64,000 nt of DNA. Source: a virus (lineage: Duplodnaviria > Heunggongvirae > Uroviricota > Caudoviricetes). The notes under the pieces are model-generated. The model was not told where the DNA came from, did no database searches, and saw only the letters and a list, made by a program, of their open reading frames with translations. The stretch's first letter is position 1, and each line of letters opens with the position of its first letter. This document shows positions 1 through 8,118 of the stretch, in pieces. A program made the translations under genes and the position numbers. The DNA lies in IMG/VR virus record IMGVR_UViG_3300046523_000117; one strand, written 5' to 3'.

Positions 1-52
1 TGCTCGCCTAGCCGAAATTGCATCATAGGCTTGTCAACATCAGGGAACCGGT

Positions 53-271
53 TCACGCCGCCACCGCCCCGGACACAAGGCGCTTTAGTCGGGCTTTGCA
101 GTTAGTCCAGCTTCGATAATCGGACGGTGTGGAACTGGTAAAAATCGGACTGTTACCCGGCAACATAAACTTTAGGTGTTTGTTCTTGGTTAGTTCCACA
201 CTATATCCGATCCCTTCGGCAAACTTGACTAGTTCGCGCATATCCGAATTTTTAATAAATTGCTTGCACAT
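53..271 (-). CDS. HicA-like (YcfA family) mRNA-interferase toxin-like small protein (putative)
   Basis: ORF 53..319 trimmed to the internal ATG (MCKQF...) directly after the stop of the upstream gene. The motif RELVKFAEGIGYSVELTKNKHLKF resembles the HicA GW..x..GSHH.F core. Confidence 0.35.
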   Translation of the reverse strand: MCKQFIKNSDMRELVKFAEGIGYSVELTKNKHLKFMLPGNSPIFTSSTPSDYRSWTNCKARLKRLVSGAVAA

Positions 272-273
272 AG

Positions 274-621
274 TTAAACCCCTTTGATTTCGTGAACTAA
301 TTCTAGAACTTGCGAACAATTCGCTAATTCATCACCTAACCGGATACTACCATAATCTTTAGATGCAACATACCACAACTTACGGAACAATCCAGAGTTC
401 GCATAGTCCGGGTGTGTATAGGCCGATACAATACGGCCTAGCTTGCTACTCTGAGCTTGTATCAGGATCACCGCGACGTTTCGCCCGTGAACCTGATAAA
501 CGTATCGACTAGAGCCGTTAAACGTCTTAAACAGCATTACAGACGTTCCAGCGATATAGCCCGTTTCCTTATCGGTAATGGTCGGACACTTACCGCACGG
601 CTCTAATAGATCCTTTTCCAT
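274..621 (-). CDS. hypothetical protein (115 aa), possible partner of the HicA-like gene
   Basis: minus-strand ORF; its stop abuts the start of the downstream HicA-like gene. Confidence 0.5.
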   Translation of the reverse strand: MEKDLLEPCGKCPTITDKETGYIAGTSVMLFKTFNGSSRYVYQVHGRNVAVILIQAQSSKLGRIVSAYTHPDYANSGLFRKLWYVASKDYGSIRLGDELANCSQVLELVHEIKGV

Positions 622-632
622 AACTCCCCCGA

Positions 633-1073
633 TTAAATCGCCTTGATGATATCCGCGTTCTTTTCAAACCAGACCGCCAACTTTTGCAGGGCTTCGGCTG
701 GGGTCTTGCCTTTGATCTTGCGGAACTTCAAACCGGCTTCCCGCAACTGCCAAGAGCCAATGCCTTGTTGGATTTCAAACGTTTTTGCAACCGTTCCCGA
801 ACTGTTGCCGTTAAGTTGTAACAGGAACCGCATATAACCGCTAGCATTCATCAGGATTTTAGACGCGCAATCGTCACGGCTGGCGACGTTGGCGAATTCA
901 ATTTCTACATTGTCACCCAACAACTTGCGGGGATACGCACGGGCAATAAAGAACGGGAACACTTGTTCCATTTTGTTGTTAAAGGCTTGGATACCTTCGG
1001 CGGCATTGGCTACAGCTTCGGCTATCAATTCGGCTTGGGATTTGATAACTGTTACAAAATTTTGTTCGGTCAT
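633..1073 (-). CDS. hypothetical protein (146 aa)
   Basis: ORF 633..1148 trimmed to MTEQNF, preceded by AGGAAAcaaaatc; the track start MHQM lies inside the upstream repeat. Confidence 0.5.
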   Translation of the reverse strand: MTEQNFVTVIKSQAELIAEAVANAAEGIQAFNNKMEQVFPFFIARAYPRKLLGDNVEIEFANVASRDDCASKILMNASGYMRFLLQLNGNSSGTVAKTFEIQQGIGSWQLREAGLKFRKIKGKTPAEALQKLAVWFEKNADIIKAI

Positions 1074-1080
1074 GATTTTG

Positions 1081-1158
1081 TTTCCTGTTGTTGGTTTCGA
1101 TATGGTCAGTTTACAGGGTTTTGAATCAAGGTCAAGCATTTGATGCAAATATTTTTAG
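1081..1158 (-). promoter_or_regulatory. PeSL-like early promoter cassette, class B (no GGGG hairpin)
   Basis: GTTTCGATATGGTCAGTTTACAGGG...AAGCATTTGATGCAAATATTTTT; located between a terminator and the next gene start. Confidence 0.55.
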
Positions 1159-1188
1159 AAATAAAAAGCCCCTAGAATCAGGGGCTTA
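1159..1188 (-). terminator. rho-independent terminator (minus-strand oriented)
   Basis: AAAAAGCCCCTAGAATCAGGGGCTT on the plus strand gives a hairpin followed by a U-run on the minus strand, just downstream of gene 1192..1401. Confidence 0.7.
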
Positions 1189-1191
1189 GGA

Positions 1192-1401
1192 TCATTCGAC
1201 TAATTCTAAGTCGTCTTGATTCCAATACTTGCAGCCGTGCAAATCTTGATCTAACCAACATTCGCCGTCGTCACCGTAACAGGCCCGAATCTGCGCCGTG
1301 TGGTTGTCTTCCCGACCTTCTGGGCATACATGATTTAAATGGGCATGTGAACCCGGTTTCAGTCGCACTGTATCGCCTTTCTTTAGGATTCGGTCTGCCA
1401 T
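1192..1401 (-). CDS. hypothetical protein (69 aa)
   Basis: minus-strand ORF. Confidence 0.5.
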   Translation of the reverse strand: MADRILKKGDTVRLKPGSHAHLNHVCPEGREDNHTAQIRACYGDDGECWLDQDLHGCKYWNQDDLELVE

Positions 1402-1411
1402 GATTAACCCC

Positions 1412-1615
1412 TTATGCCCGTGCGTATACGTTGCCGGACGTGCGAACCGATCCGCCGCGTTCGATATGAGCCGCTGTAAATGGTGCCGACAACCCGAAAG
1501 AGTGCTGAGCTACAGGCACGCCCGGATTTTCTGGGCTATCCACTTGAAAGAAGGCACCGGACAGGCTACCGCGTACCACGTTAACTATCACGCCGTTGAT
1601 TTTGATCTTTTGCAT
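1412..1615 (-). CDS. hypothetical protein (67 aa)
   Basis: minus-strand ORF; 10 nt from the next gene. Confidence 0.45.
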   Translation of the reverse strand: MQKIKINGVIVNVVRGSLSGAFFQVDSPENPGVPVAQHSFGLSAPFTAAHIERGGSVRTSGNVYARA

Positions 1616-1626
1616 TTTGTAGCCCC

Positions 1627-1694
1627 TTGCTTAGTTGGTATGGTCAGTATAGCAGGGGTTGCATCAAATACAACCCCTTTGCATCAATTATTTT
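1627..1694 (-). promoter_or_regulatory. PeSL-like cassette, class A
   Basis: GGTATGGTCAGTATAGC AGGGGTTGcatcaaataCAACCCCT TTGCATCAATTATTTT. Confidence 0.6.
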
Positions 1695-1936
1695 GCCCGG
1701 CTTGCATCTTTCATGATAACGCGACCGCTTGGGGTTGTCGCAATCACCACGTTAGCCAGCTTTTCAGGGTTGCTCGACAGGTGCTGTTTAAGGCCCGGTT
1801 GGGTCTTGCCTTCGATCACGTCACCGGCTGGGGTTTGAATGATGAAACTATAAACCGAATTCCCGTTACCAGTGGCGTGCGAGAATTCAAATTTCTTGAC
1901 TTCTACTAGGTCGAAGGTTTGGCGAGTGGTTTGCAT
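1688..1936 (-). CDS. hypothetical protein (82 aa)
   Basis: minus-strand ORF. Confidence 0.5.
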   Translation of the reverse strand: MQTTRQTFDLVEVKKFEFSHATGNGNSVYSFIIQTPAGDVIEGKTQPGLKQHLSSNPEKLANVVIATTPSGRVIMKDASRAK

Positions 1937-2000
1937 GTTCGTATTCCCTGTTTCGGTTGGTGTGAAAGAAGTATAACAGCTATTTGATGCAATGCAAACT
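1937..2000 (-). promoter_or_regulatory. PeSL-like cassette, class B
   Basis: CCCTGTTTCGGTTGGTGTGAAAGAAGTATAACAGCTATTTGATGCAATGCAAAC. Confidence 0.55.
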
Positions 2001-2345
2001 TTATTTTGAATACACGTAACCAGTCCAATCCTCGACTAATTTTAAATCCTTGCCTTCTAAATCCGTTGGATAGAACCAGTATCCCCGGTTATATTCCAGC
2101 TCGACAATACGACCGGACGGCAGTTGTATACGGGTCCGGGTGTTTAGATATGGTTCACCCTCGACAAAATCCGTTTTAGTTTCCGTTTCAGGTCGGCAGC
2201 GAGCCGCGCCCATTTCTTCGGCCACAAATACCGCTTTAGCTTCACACATTGATTTAGTCAAATGCATGGCTTCGATAGTTTCGACGGTATCCATTGGGCT
2301 TGTAGCCCCGGCAACCAAAACTAAACCCATCAATGTATACAACAT
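2001..2345 (-). CDS. secreted hypothetical protein (114 aa)
   Basis: N-terminal signal-peptide-like MLYTLMGLVLVAGATSP. Confidence 0.5.
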   Translation of the reverse strand: MLYTLMGLVLVAGATSPMDTVETIEAMHLTKSMCEAKAVFVAEEMGAARCRPETETKTDFVEGEPYLNTRTRIQLPSGRIVELEYNRGYWFYPTDLEGKDLKLVEDWTGYVYSK

Positions 2346-2346
2346 A

Positions 2347-2556
2347 TCAAGCCCCTTCTGTTATTGGTTTGTCCAGAATATCGACAGCGGTACAAACTGC
2401 CATATAGTCGTGTTCGCCTTTGCCGACGTTGAAAGTATTCCCGACATAATAGGCTAGGATTTCAGAATCGGTTATTTTCCCGTTCATGCTACCACCTTCG
2501 GACCATACCGCCCCGTCTTCGCCTTTCCAGTGTGTTCTAAACGATCTTAAAGCCAT
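2347..2556 (-). CDS. hypothetical protein (69 aa)
   Basis: ORF trimmed to MALRS, preceded by AAGGGGAttcaatc; the upstream part of the track ORF is the repeat. Confidence 0.45.
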   Translation of the reverse strand: MALRSFRTHWKGEDGAVWSEGGSMNGKITDSEILAYYVGNTFNVGKGEHDYMAVCTAVDILDKPITEGA

Positions 2557-2624
2557 GATTGAATCCCCTTGAATATGGTTCATTCTAGCAAGGGGCTGCA
2601 TTTGATGCAACCCCTATTTTTGAA
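2557..2624 (-). promoter_or_regulatory. PeSL-like cassette, class A with flipped loop
   Basis: TTCTAGCAAGGGGCTGcatttgatgCAACCCCTATTTTT; -10 TAGAAT on the minus strand. Confidence 0.55.
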
Positions 2625-2918
2625 TCAGTCCAGATAAATTTTGGTAGCGATTACGCCAGCTTCCCGCAACTTGTCGTGACCTTTGACAGTGATATACGCG
2701 AAGTGTAACAGCGATTCGCCGGGGATACTGGTACGCGAGTCGGCCCGGTTCCGTATTTCTTCGGATTCCAGTTTGATGCGCAGAGACTTGCACAGGGCTT
2801 TAACCGTGGCGTCATTCGAATTGTCCCAAACAAGGGAAAACTTTTTGTAGCAGAATTCGGAATAAATCAGTTTGTCAACCGGTTGTGCTTCGCCCATTTC
2901 AGGATAATAACCGCTCAT
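2625..2918 (-). CDS. hypothetical protein (97 aa)
   Basis: ORF trimmed to MSGYY, preceded by AGAAGGGGctacaaa. Confidence 0.5.
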   Translation of the reverse strand: MSGYYPEMGEAQPVDKLIYSEFCYKKFSLVWDNSNDATVKALCKSLRIKLESEEIRNRADSRTSIPGESLLHFAYITVKGHDKLREAGVIATKIYLD

Positions 2919-3010
2919 TTTGTAGCCCCTTCTGGTTTGTTTTGCTTCGATATGGGTTATTCTAGCAGCTATTTGATGCAATGCAAGCATTTGATGCAAT
3001 TATTTTCAGA
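2919..3010 (-). promoter_or_regulatory. PeSL-like cassette, class B
   Basis: GCTATTTGATGCAATGCAAGCATTTGATGCAATTATTTT, directly after terminator 3014..3045. Confidence 0.55.
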
Positions 3011-3013
3011 CAA

Positions 3014-3045
3014 CAAAAAGCCCCGGTTTATCTGGGGCTTTTCAA
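3014..3045. terminator. bidirectional rho-independent terminator
   Basis: AAAAAGCCCCGGtttatCTGGGGCTTTTC. Confidence 0.7.
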
Positions 3046-3055
3046 TGGTTCGCGA

Positions 3056-3328
3056 TTAGATCAGGTCGGCCAGCTTGTAACCCATTGCAGCCTCGACCAT
3101 AGGCGTGATGGTCCGGGACGATTCACCGTAAACAATCACGCCACCTTTCGGCATCCATGTCAATTGGTCAGGCTTGAAAACATCAATTCGCATGATGTTA
3201 TTCTTTTTCGAGTTCGCGACATACGCCCGACCATGCCCGTCTTTTTCTGCTTTTTCTTGGGCTTCGATCAACCCGGCCAGAATACGATCTTGCATTACCG
3301 GGTGTTTTAGGCTGGTTTGGGTCAACAT
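3056..3328 (-). CDS. hypothetical protein (90 aa)
   Basis: minus-strand ORF. Confidence 0.5.
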   Translation of the reverse strand: MLTQTSLKHPVMQDRILAGLIEAQEKAEKDGHGRAYVANSKKNNIMRIDVFKPDQLTWMPKGGVIVYGESSRTITPMVEAAMGYKLADLI

Positions 3329-3400
3329 GATGATAATTCCGTTTCGGTTGGTATGAGTGGATTATGTTCTGAAATAATCCACTAGTCAAGGGGTTTTAAA
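3329..3400 (-). promoter_or_regulatory. PeSL-like cassette, degenerate
   Basis: CCGTTTCGGTTGGTATGAGTGG...CAAGGGGTTTTAAATCAAATTTGATTC. Confidence 0.4.
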
Positions 3401-3598
3401 TCAAATTTGATTCAGTGTATCCGCTAGAGCTTCGGCGGCAGCCTTGCTTAGTCCGGCCTGTATACATTCGTCAGACTCGCTCATAACCATCCAGCGGCCC
3501 GACAACGGGTTAAACTCGGCCCGGTATACTACAAACTGGCCTATAACGGCGTGTAGGGGCTTAGGCGAGCTTGTAGGGGTAGACATAACCGGCAACAT
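3401..3598 (-). CDS. hypothetical protein (65 aa)
   Basis: minus-strand ORF. Confidence 0.45.
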   Translation of the reverse strand: MLPVMSTPTSSPKPLHAVIGQFVVYRAEFNPLSGRWMVMSESDECIQAGLSKAAAEALADTLNQI

Positions 3599-3669
3599 AG
3601 GAAAATCTCCGAAAAGTTAAAAGCAAGTCAGACTAACAGGGGTTAACCGGATGTCAACCCCTCATTTGA
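3599..3669 (-). promoter_or_regulatory. PeSL-like cassette, variant hairpin
   Basis: AGGGGTTaaccggatgtcAACCCCT then CATTTGATCAAAT. Confidence 0.45.
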
Positions 3670-3945
3670 TCAAATCTTGATCGTTTCCCATGCTTTGCCG
3701 AAGTTCCATAGGGTTTTAGGGTAGTCGCGGTTGCGCTCAAAGGCGATAAGGCTAACCATGCCGTTTGCCTCGACAATGACAAACGCAACACTTTGAACCA
3801 AAATATTTGATTCCAACAACCGGCGAGCCGAACCGCGAGCGTCAAACATGGTAACCACAAGTTCCCGGCTTTCGATCTTGACCAGTGTATCTAGGTCAAA
3901 CAATGCGCGGAGTGGGTTGGTTTTAGCTGGGAGACGAAAGGACAT
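3670..3945 (-). CDS. hypothetical protein (91 aa)
   Basis: minus-strand ORF. Confidence 0.5.
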   Translation of the reverse strand: MSFRLPAKTNPLRALFDLDTLVKIESRELVVTMFDARGSARRLLESNILVQSVAFVIVEANGMVSLIAFERNRDYPKTLWNFGKAWETIKI

Positions 3946-4021
3946 TTTGATAACTCCGGTTCGGGTTGGTGTATGGCTATTCTAGCAAGGGGTTACAATT
4001 GATGCAACCCCTATTTCGATT
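3946..4021 (-). promoter_or_regulatory. PeSL-like cassette, class A with flipped loop
   Basis: TTCGGGTTGGTGTATGGCTATTCTAGCAAGGGGTTacaattgatgcAACCCCTATTTCGATTTTATTT. Confidence 0.6.
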
Positions 4022-4468
4022 TTATTTCAAACCGTTAAACAGTGTTTGCAGGTTTGGTAAATTCAATTCAGAAAACAGCCAGTCGTTAGCCTGATGGATA
4101 AAATCCCCCTCATAACCCGAGCCGATAAAATCCATGCCAACCAAACCCCAGAGGGATTCGATATTGATCCATTCCTCGGTTGGAATCGGGCGAACCTGCA
4201 TCACCGCCCCATAAACCCCTTGAGAGTTCACACGGGCGCGAAACGCTCTCTTTTGGCGTGCCAGTGTGGTTACTTCGATATCCGGGTTAGCTTCCGGGTT
4301 GTAGCAGTCCCCGCAAAGATCCTCAAAACTATAATTATCGTCTTCGACCAAAACGATTCGGAACAACCCGAGCATAAACGCCGAAGTCACACGGGTTACG
4401 TCGGTATTCTTACCCACTGTTTTCAAAACTTCTTTCGTTATGTTCTTGCCGTTGTCTGCATAGTTCAT
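4022..4468 (-). CDS. hypothetical protein (148 aa)
   Basis: minus-strand ORF. Confidence 0.55.
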   Translation of the reverse strand: MNYADNGKNITKEVLKTVGKNTDVTRVTSAFMLGLFRIVLVEDDNYSFEDLCGDCYNPEANPDIEVTTLARQKRAFRARVNSQGVYGAVMQVRPIPTEEWINIESLWGLVGMDFIGSGYEGDFIHQANDWLFSELNLPNLQTLFNGLK

Positions 4469-4546
4469 GATGTTGCCCCTGTTTTGGTTGGTGTATGGTC
4501 AGTATAAAGGGTTTGCATCAATTGTCAAACCCTTTTGCATCAAATT
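4469..4546 (-). promoter_or_regulatory. PeSL-like cassette, class A variant
   Basis: CCCCTGTTTTGGTTGGTGTATGGTCAGTATAAAGGGTTTGcatcaattgtCAAACCCTTTTGCATCAAATTTTAC. Confidence 0.6.
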
Positions 4547-4852
4547 TTACAAATGAGTATCCAGACCAGTGACGCGGGTAAATTCGCTTTGCAGCATGTC
4601 GCAATAGATACCCTCGACTTTGCAAACCATTTTCAGGTTAACGCCGCGAGTGTAATAGAATTCGATGTCATACAAATCCGCTGGGGTCAAGATGATTTTA
4701 ACCAAATTGATTTTATCTTTTGCGAAATTAGAAGGCATTTTGAACTGTAGGAAGTTTTCACCACCAACAAATTGCTTGACACCACACATTACAGCGAACT
4801 TGTGGCCGCCGAGTTGTTGGCGGATGGTTTCGGCTATGATCAATTTGGACAT
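4547..4852 (-). CDS. hypothetical protein (101 aa)
   Basis: minus-strand ORF. Confidence 0.5.
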   Translation of the reverse strand: MSKLIIAETIRQQLGGHKFAVMCGVKQFVGGENFLQFKMPSNFAKDKINLVKIILTPADLYDIEFYYTRGVNLKMVCKVEGIYCDMLQSEFTRVTGLDTHL

Positions 4853-4927
4853 TTTCGTATTCCCTGTTTTGGTTGGTGTGTGGTTAGTATAGCAGGGGTT
4901 GCATCAAATACAACCCCCTATTTGATT
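4853..4927 (-). promoter_or_regulatory. PeSL-like cassette, class A
   Basis: CCCTGTTTTGGTTGGTGTGTGGTTAGTATAGCAGGGGTTGcatcaaataCAACCCCCTATTTGATTTTATTTG. Confidence 0.6.
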
Positions 4928-5131
4928 TTATTTGTGGTTCAAACGATCCAGATAGCCAGACGCATAGTAATACGCGCCCATATTGCAAGGCTTGAACCCA
5001 ACCGGGTTTTCCAAATTGAATTTTTCGATACACGCGGCCAACCCCATGCCCGCGATATCAGCAGCGGCAGATTCCCAACCTTTCATGTAGTCCGGTTGAT
5101 GTTCGGTATGGGTTACAGTGCGAGGGGCCAT
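4928..5131 (-). CDS. hypothetical protein (67 aa)
   Basis: minus-strand ORF. Confidence 0.45.
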   Translation of the reverse strand: MAPRTVTHTEHQPDYMKGWESAAADIAGMGLAACIEKFNLENPVGFKPCNMGAYYYASGYLDRLNHK

Positions 5132-5210
5132 TTTTGAAACTCCGGTTTGGTTGGTGTATGATCAGTATAGCAGGGGTTGCATCAAATACAACCCCTTTCT
5201 ATCAAATTAT
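5132..5210 (-). promoter_or_regulatory. PeSL-like cassette, class A
   Basis: GTTTGGTTGGTGTATGATCAGTATAGCAGGGGTTGcatcaaataCAACCCCT. Confidence 0.6.
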
Positions 5211-5534
5211 TTAAAAATTGTAGTCGTAGAATTTGCGCGGGGCTTCGGCTAATACATGCTTGCCGTAGGCACTGTGAAAGTAACCATCTTTACGCAACCG
5301 GCAACGAATAACCGGGGCGGATTCATCACTGGCATAAATCCATTTTTGGGTTTGTTGGTTTGTACAATGACCAGCAAAGCCACCGGGGATAATGTTCGGC
5401 TTCCAGCTTGGATCTAGGGTTGCCGTCATAGAGCGGACTTCGATAGTCTTTTCGCTTATGACCTTGACAATTTCGAATGGTTGGATATCGCTGTAACCGT
5501 GCATGTTCGCGAATTTCATTTCTGTCATGTCCAT
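5211..5534 (-). CDS. hypothetical protein (107 aa)
   Basis: minus-strand ORF. Confidence 0.5.
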   Translation of the reverse strand: MDMTEMKFANMHGYSDIQPFEIVKVISEKTIEVRSMTATLDPSWKPNIIPGGFAGHCTNQQTQKWIYASDESAPVIRCRLRKDGYFHSAYGKHVLAEAPRKFYDYNF

Positions 5535-5625
5535 TTTATTTCTCCGGGGTTGTTTTGTTTCGATATGGTTAGTCTACGCCTAATTTGATGCAATGCAAGC
5601 ATTTGATGCAAATATTTTAAAATAA
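5535..5625 (-). promoter_or_regulatory. PeSL-like cassette, class B
   Basis: TTGTTTCGATATGGTTAGTCTACGCCTAATTTGATGCAATGCAAGCATTTGATGCAAATATTTT. Confidence 0.55.
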
Positions 5626-5749
5626 TTTTTGGCACATCAATTGCATAGACAAGAATCATGCCAACTCAAATCTCGCCCACCCTCCCTGTTTACCTCTGAG
5701 CCTCCCCAGTAACTATAGAATAGCACACTCAAAACAGAATACAACCCCG

Positions 5750-5780
5750 GAACAAAAATAAACCCGACTTTCGCCGGGTC
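5750..5780 (-). terminator. putative rho-independent terminator (minus-oriented)
   Basis: AAAAATAAACCCGactttcgcCGGGT on the plus strand, read as hairpin plus U-run on the minus strand after gene 5796..6005. Confidence 0.45.
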
Positions 5781-5795
5781 TATTGGTTTGATGCA

Positions 5796-6005
5796 TTACG
5801 CCGGTTTTTTGATGTCGTGGCCCCAGTCGTCAACCGTATTAGGCCCATCGTATACAGCCGCGTATAAGGTCGTAACCGCACTAACCCGGATACCAACCCC
5901 ACAACACAACGCAACGCCTACCAGTGGCTTGCGGCCCGCTTGCACGTTGTATTCCACCGGGCTGTTTAACTTCAATTCTTGCTTACAGTGTGGGCATTCC
6001 ATCAA
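5796..6005 (-). CDS. Zn-ribbon-like small protein (69 aa)
   Basis: CPHCK...CC cysteine pairs. Confidence 0.5.
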   Translation of the reverse strand: MMECPHCKQELKLNSPVEYNVQAGRKPLVGVALCCGVGIRVSAVTTLYAAVYDGPNTVDDWGHDIKKPA

Positions 6006-6008
6006 ATA

Positions 6009-6338
6009 CTACTCCGGGTTTTTGAAAACGTCCGGGTCTTCCCGTTCCATTTCTTCAAGGGTTTGAATCCGGGGAACCTTGATCCCGTTGGCGACAATAT
6101 AAACTTTCAGGGTCAGTTCATAGTCGTTATTGCGCAGGCTATTCAAATAAGCCTTTACAGAGTCGGACAACACGCCTTCGCCTTTCTCAATGAATTCATC
6201 CAGCTTTATCGCTGCATCTGTCATGGTCGGGCCTGTATAGATTTGGAAGCTTGCAACGTGCTGCATATCACCTTTAAGGTTTGGATAGAAAACATCTATA
6301 CAGGTTTTGTAGTAGCCGGGGGTTGATGTCATTGGCAT
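6009..6338 (-). CDS. hypothetical protein (109 aa)
   Basis: minus-strand ORF, 3 nt after the upstream gene. Confidence 0.5.
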   Translation of the reverse strand: MPMTSTPGYYKTCIDVFYPNLKGDMQHVASFQIYTGPTMTDAAIKLDEFIEKGEGVLSDSVKAYLNSLRNNDYELTLKVYIVANGIKVPRIQTLEEMEREDPDVFKNPE

Positions 6339-6341
6339 GGT

Positions 6342-6512
6342 TTATGCTCCAGTATATGGGGTCAGGTCGCGTTCATGAAAAGAGCCAGCATCACCGCCGA
6401 TAGTACCGAACCGGCAGCTATACCAGCCATTGGCACGAACTTCGGTGATAGTCAACCAAAAAGGACCATCAGCCATAACTTTGTCTTTAATCGAGAATTT
6501 GTTATCTAGCAT
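6342..6512 (-). CDS. hypothetical small protein (56 aa, below the ORF-track cutoff)
   Basis: Found by hand translation: MLDNKFSIKDKVMADGPFWLTITEVRANGWYSCRFGTIGGDAGSFHERDLTPYTGA. It fills the gap between a PeSL and gene 6009..6338. Confidence 0.4.
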   Translation of the reverse strand: MLDNKFSIKDKVMADGPFWLTITEVRANGWYSCRFGTIGGDAGSFHERDLTPYTGA

Positions 6513-6585
6513 GATGGCGGTTCCTTGTTGGTGTATGGTCAGTATAGCAGGGGTTGCATCAAATACAACCCCTTTGCATCAATTT
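6513..6585 (-). promoter_or_regulatory. PeSL-like cassette, class A
   Basis: CCTTGTTGGTGTATGGTCAGTATAGCAGGGGTTGcatcaaataCAACCCCTTTGCATCAATTTTTAC. Confidence 0.6.
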
Positions 6586-6828
6586 TTACAGGTATTCGGC
6601 CATATAGGCAGACAGTTCAACCAATACAGGCGTTTTATCGGGGCTATTGAACTGGATAAAATCGTTTGCGCAAAACACATAGACACTATGGTAAGTGTCG
6701 GTTTCGCGGGTCTTCCAGATATCTAAACGGATTTCCCGGCCTTGAGGCGTGACCATTTCAGCCTCAAAAATTTTATCCGCAAGCCCGGTACTGATTTGTT
6801 TCAGGGGTTTAACATCACCGATAGCCAT
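6586..6828 (-). CDS. hypothetical protein (80 aa)
   Basis: minus-strand ORF. Confidence 0.5.
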   Translation of the reverse strand: MAIGDVKPLKQISTGLADKIFEAEMVTPQGREIRLDIWKTRETDTYHSVYVFCANDFIQFNSPDKTPVLVELSAYMAEYL

Positions 6829-6913
6829 TGCGCAAATCCTTGTATTGGTTGGTGTATTAGGATTATGGCATCAACGGCAATAGCTGTCAAGCTATTTGAT
6901 GCAATTATTTCAA
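6829..6913 (-). promoter_or_regulatory. PeSL-like cassette, class B / degenerate
   Basis: TTGTATTGGTTGGTGTATTAGG...GCTATTTGATGCAATTATTTCAATT. Confidence 0.4.
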
Positions 6914-7117
6914 TTAAATTTCATGTTCGAATTTGTGCCCGACATTTTCCCAATAGGTCGCGGTGACCTCATAACCATCCTTCGCCGGGAAACGCTCTCT
7001 AAGGACATTTAACAGCATGATTGCGCTGGTTTCGGTAACCGCCGACCTTTCAGCCGTGGCGAATAGGTGACGGCCTTTATAACTTACGTTGATTTCGTAA
7101 TGCGATTGATTAGCCAT
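6914..7117 (-). CDS. hypothetical protein (67 aa)
   Basis: minus-strand ORF. Confidence 0.45.
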   Translation of the reverse strand: MANQSHYEINVSYKGRHLFATAERSAVTETSAIMLLNVLRERFPAKDGYEVTATYWENVGHKFEHEI

Positions 7118-7118
7118 G

Positions 7119-7409
7119 TCAAGCCCCTTTCATCCAGTTATTCAGTGTACGAATAGAATCACCACGCGGGCGACTCTGATAGGCAAACGAGTATTCTAAC
7201 CAGTCCCACGCCTTACCAGCACGAACCATGCCCATTAGGCGTTCCAGCTTACCGATACGACGATAAACCTTTGCAGTGACCAACCGGGGGCTTTCCCACT
7301 GATAACCATCCTCAGAACCCACACGCACGAACCCATGCTTTTCTAGCAGTGTGTCGCGTTCGGCTTCAAGGGCTTTGTAGTATGCGGTTCGAATGGTTGC
7401 CATGATCAA
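7119..7409 (-). CDS. hypothetical protein (96 aa)
   Basis: minus-strand ORF, 1 nt after the upstream gene. Confidence 0.5.
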   Translation of the reverse strand: MIMATIRTAYYKALEAERDTLLEKHGFVRVGSEDGYQWESPRLVTAKVYRRIGKLERLMGMVRAGKAWDWLEYSFAYQSRPRGDSIRTLNNWMKGA

Positions 7410-7464
7410 ATCCCTGTTTCGGTTGGTATGGGGTTAGTATAACCCCATTTGATGCAATTGCAAA
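7410..7464 (-). promoter_or_regulatory. PeSL-like cassette, variant
   Basis: CCCTGTTTCGGTTGGTATGGGGTTAGTATAACCCCATTTGATGCAATTGCAAATTAATTTTTAG. Confidence 0.5.
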
Positions 7465-7713
7465 TTAATTTTTAGGGATTTTGTCACCCGGCAAATACTG
7501 GCGAACAATCCCGTCATTGCACAACCGTACAAGGTTGCCCAGTTCGTCGCGGTATTGAGCTAAGCACGAATCGCCACGGATTTGACGGACTTTGTTAGTC
7601 ATGATCCGTTGATCATTGCGCGGCAGTTTGGCATAGATTTCAGTTGCATTTTTGTCGGCTATTGCTTGATCGACAAACTGAGTTAGCAACAGTTGTTTTT
7701 TGAATTCGTGCAT
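7465..7713 (-). CDS. hypothetical protein (82 aa)
   Basis: minus-strand ORF. Confidence 0.5.
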   Translation of the reverse strand: MHEFKKQLLLTQFVDQAIADKNATEIYAKLPRNDQRIMTNKVRQIRGDSCLAQYRDELGNLVRLCNDGIVRQYLPGDKIPKN

Positions 7714-7788
7714 TTCAAAACCCTCTTTTCGTTTGGTGTGATAGAAGTATAATAGGGGATTGCATCAAATGCAACCCCCTATTTGATT
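7714..7788 (-). promoter_or_regulatory. PeSL-like cassette, class A
   Basis: TCGTTTGGTGTGATAGAAGTATAATAGGGGATTGcatcaaatgCAACCCCCTATTTGATTTTATTTTG. Confidence 0.6.
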
Positions 7789-8118
7789 TTATTTTGGGTC
7801 TTCGACTGGTTTATGTTTACCAGTAGTCGAAAGAATCCGCACGTTTTCAACTTCGGATATCGGTACAGTTTCACCCTTGCGGATTTCGTTCACGCCGTCC
7901 TCTTTCGTGATTTTGTTCGGCATGTATTCACTAATGGTATAGTGCGCAGCCTTCGGCAGTTCCACACGACACACGACAGTCATAACCCCATCAGGTTTGT
8001 GGCGATTCAAAGTGCTAACCCCTATATAACGGGCAGCCTCCTTTATGGCGCCTTCACGGGTGTCAGCAACACCCCAGCCGTAGGCGGTTGATGCATAATA
8101 GTGGTGATTCATTTTCAA
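7789..8118 (-). CDS. hypothetical protein (109 aa)
   Basis: minus-strand ORF. Confidence 0.5.
   Translation of the reverse strand: MKMNHHYYASTAYGWGVADTREGAIKEAARYIGVSTLNRHKPDGVMTVVCRVELPKAAHYTISEYMPNKITKEDGVNEIRKGETVPISEVENVRILSTTGKHKPVEDPK

Noticed and set aside
633-1148. N-terminal MHQM.../MHQR... extensions of ORF-track proteins (633..1148, 2347..2610, 2625..2999, 8570..8863, also plus-strand 4535, 8543, 9119)
   Set aside because: The ATGCATCAAAT sequence is part of the intergenic PeSL repeat (TTGATGCAT/ATTTGATGCAA). The real starts are downstream Mets with AGGGA or AAGGGG Shine-Dalgarno sequences, and the ORFs were trimmed accordingly.
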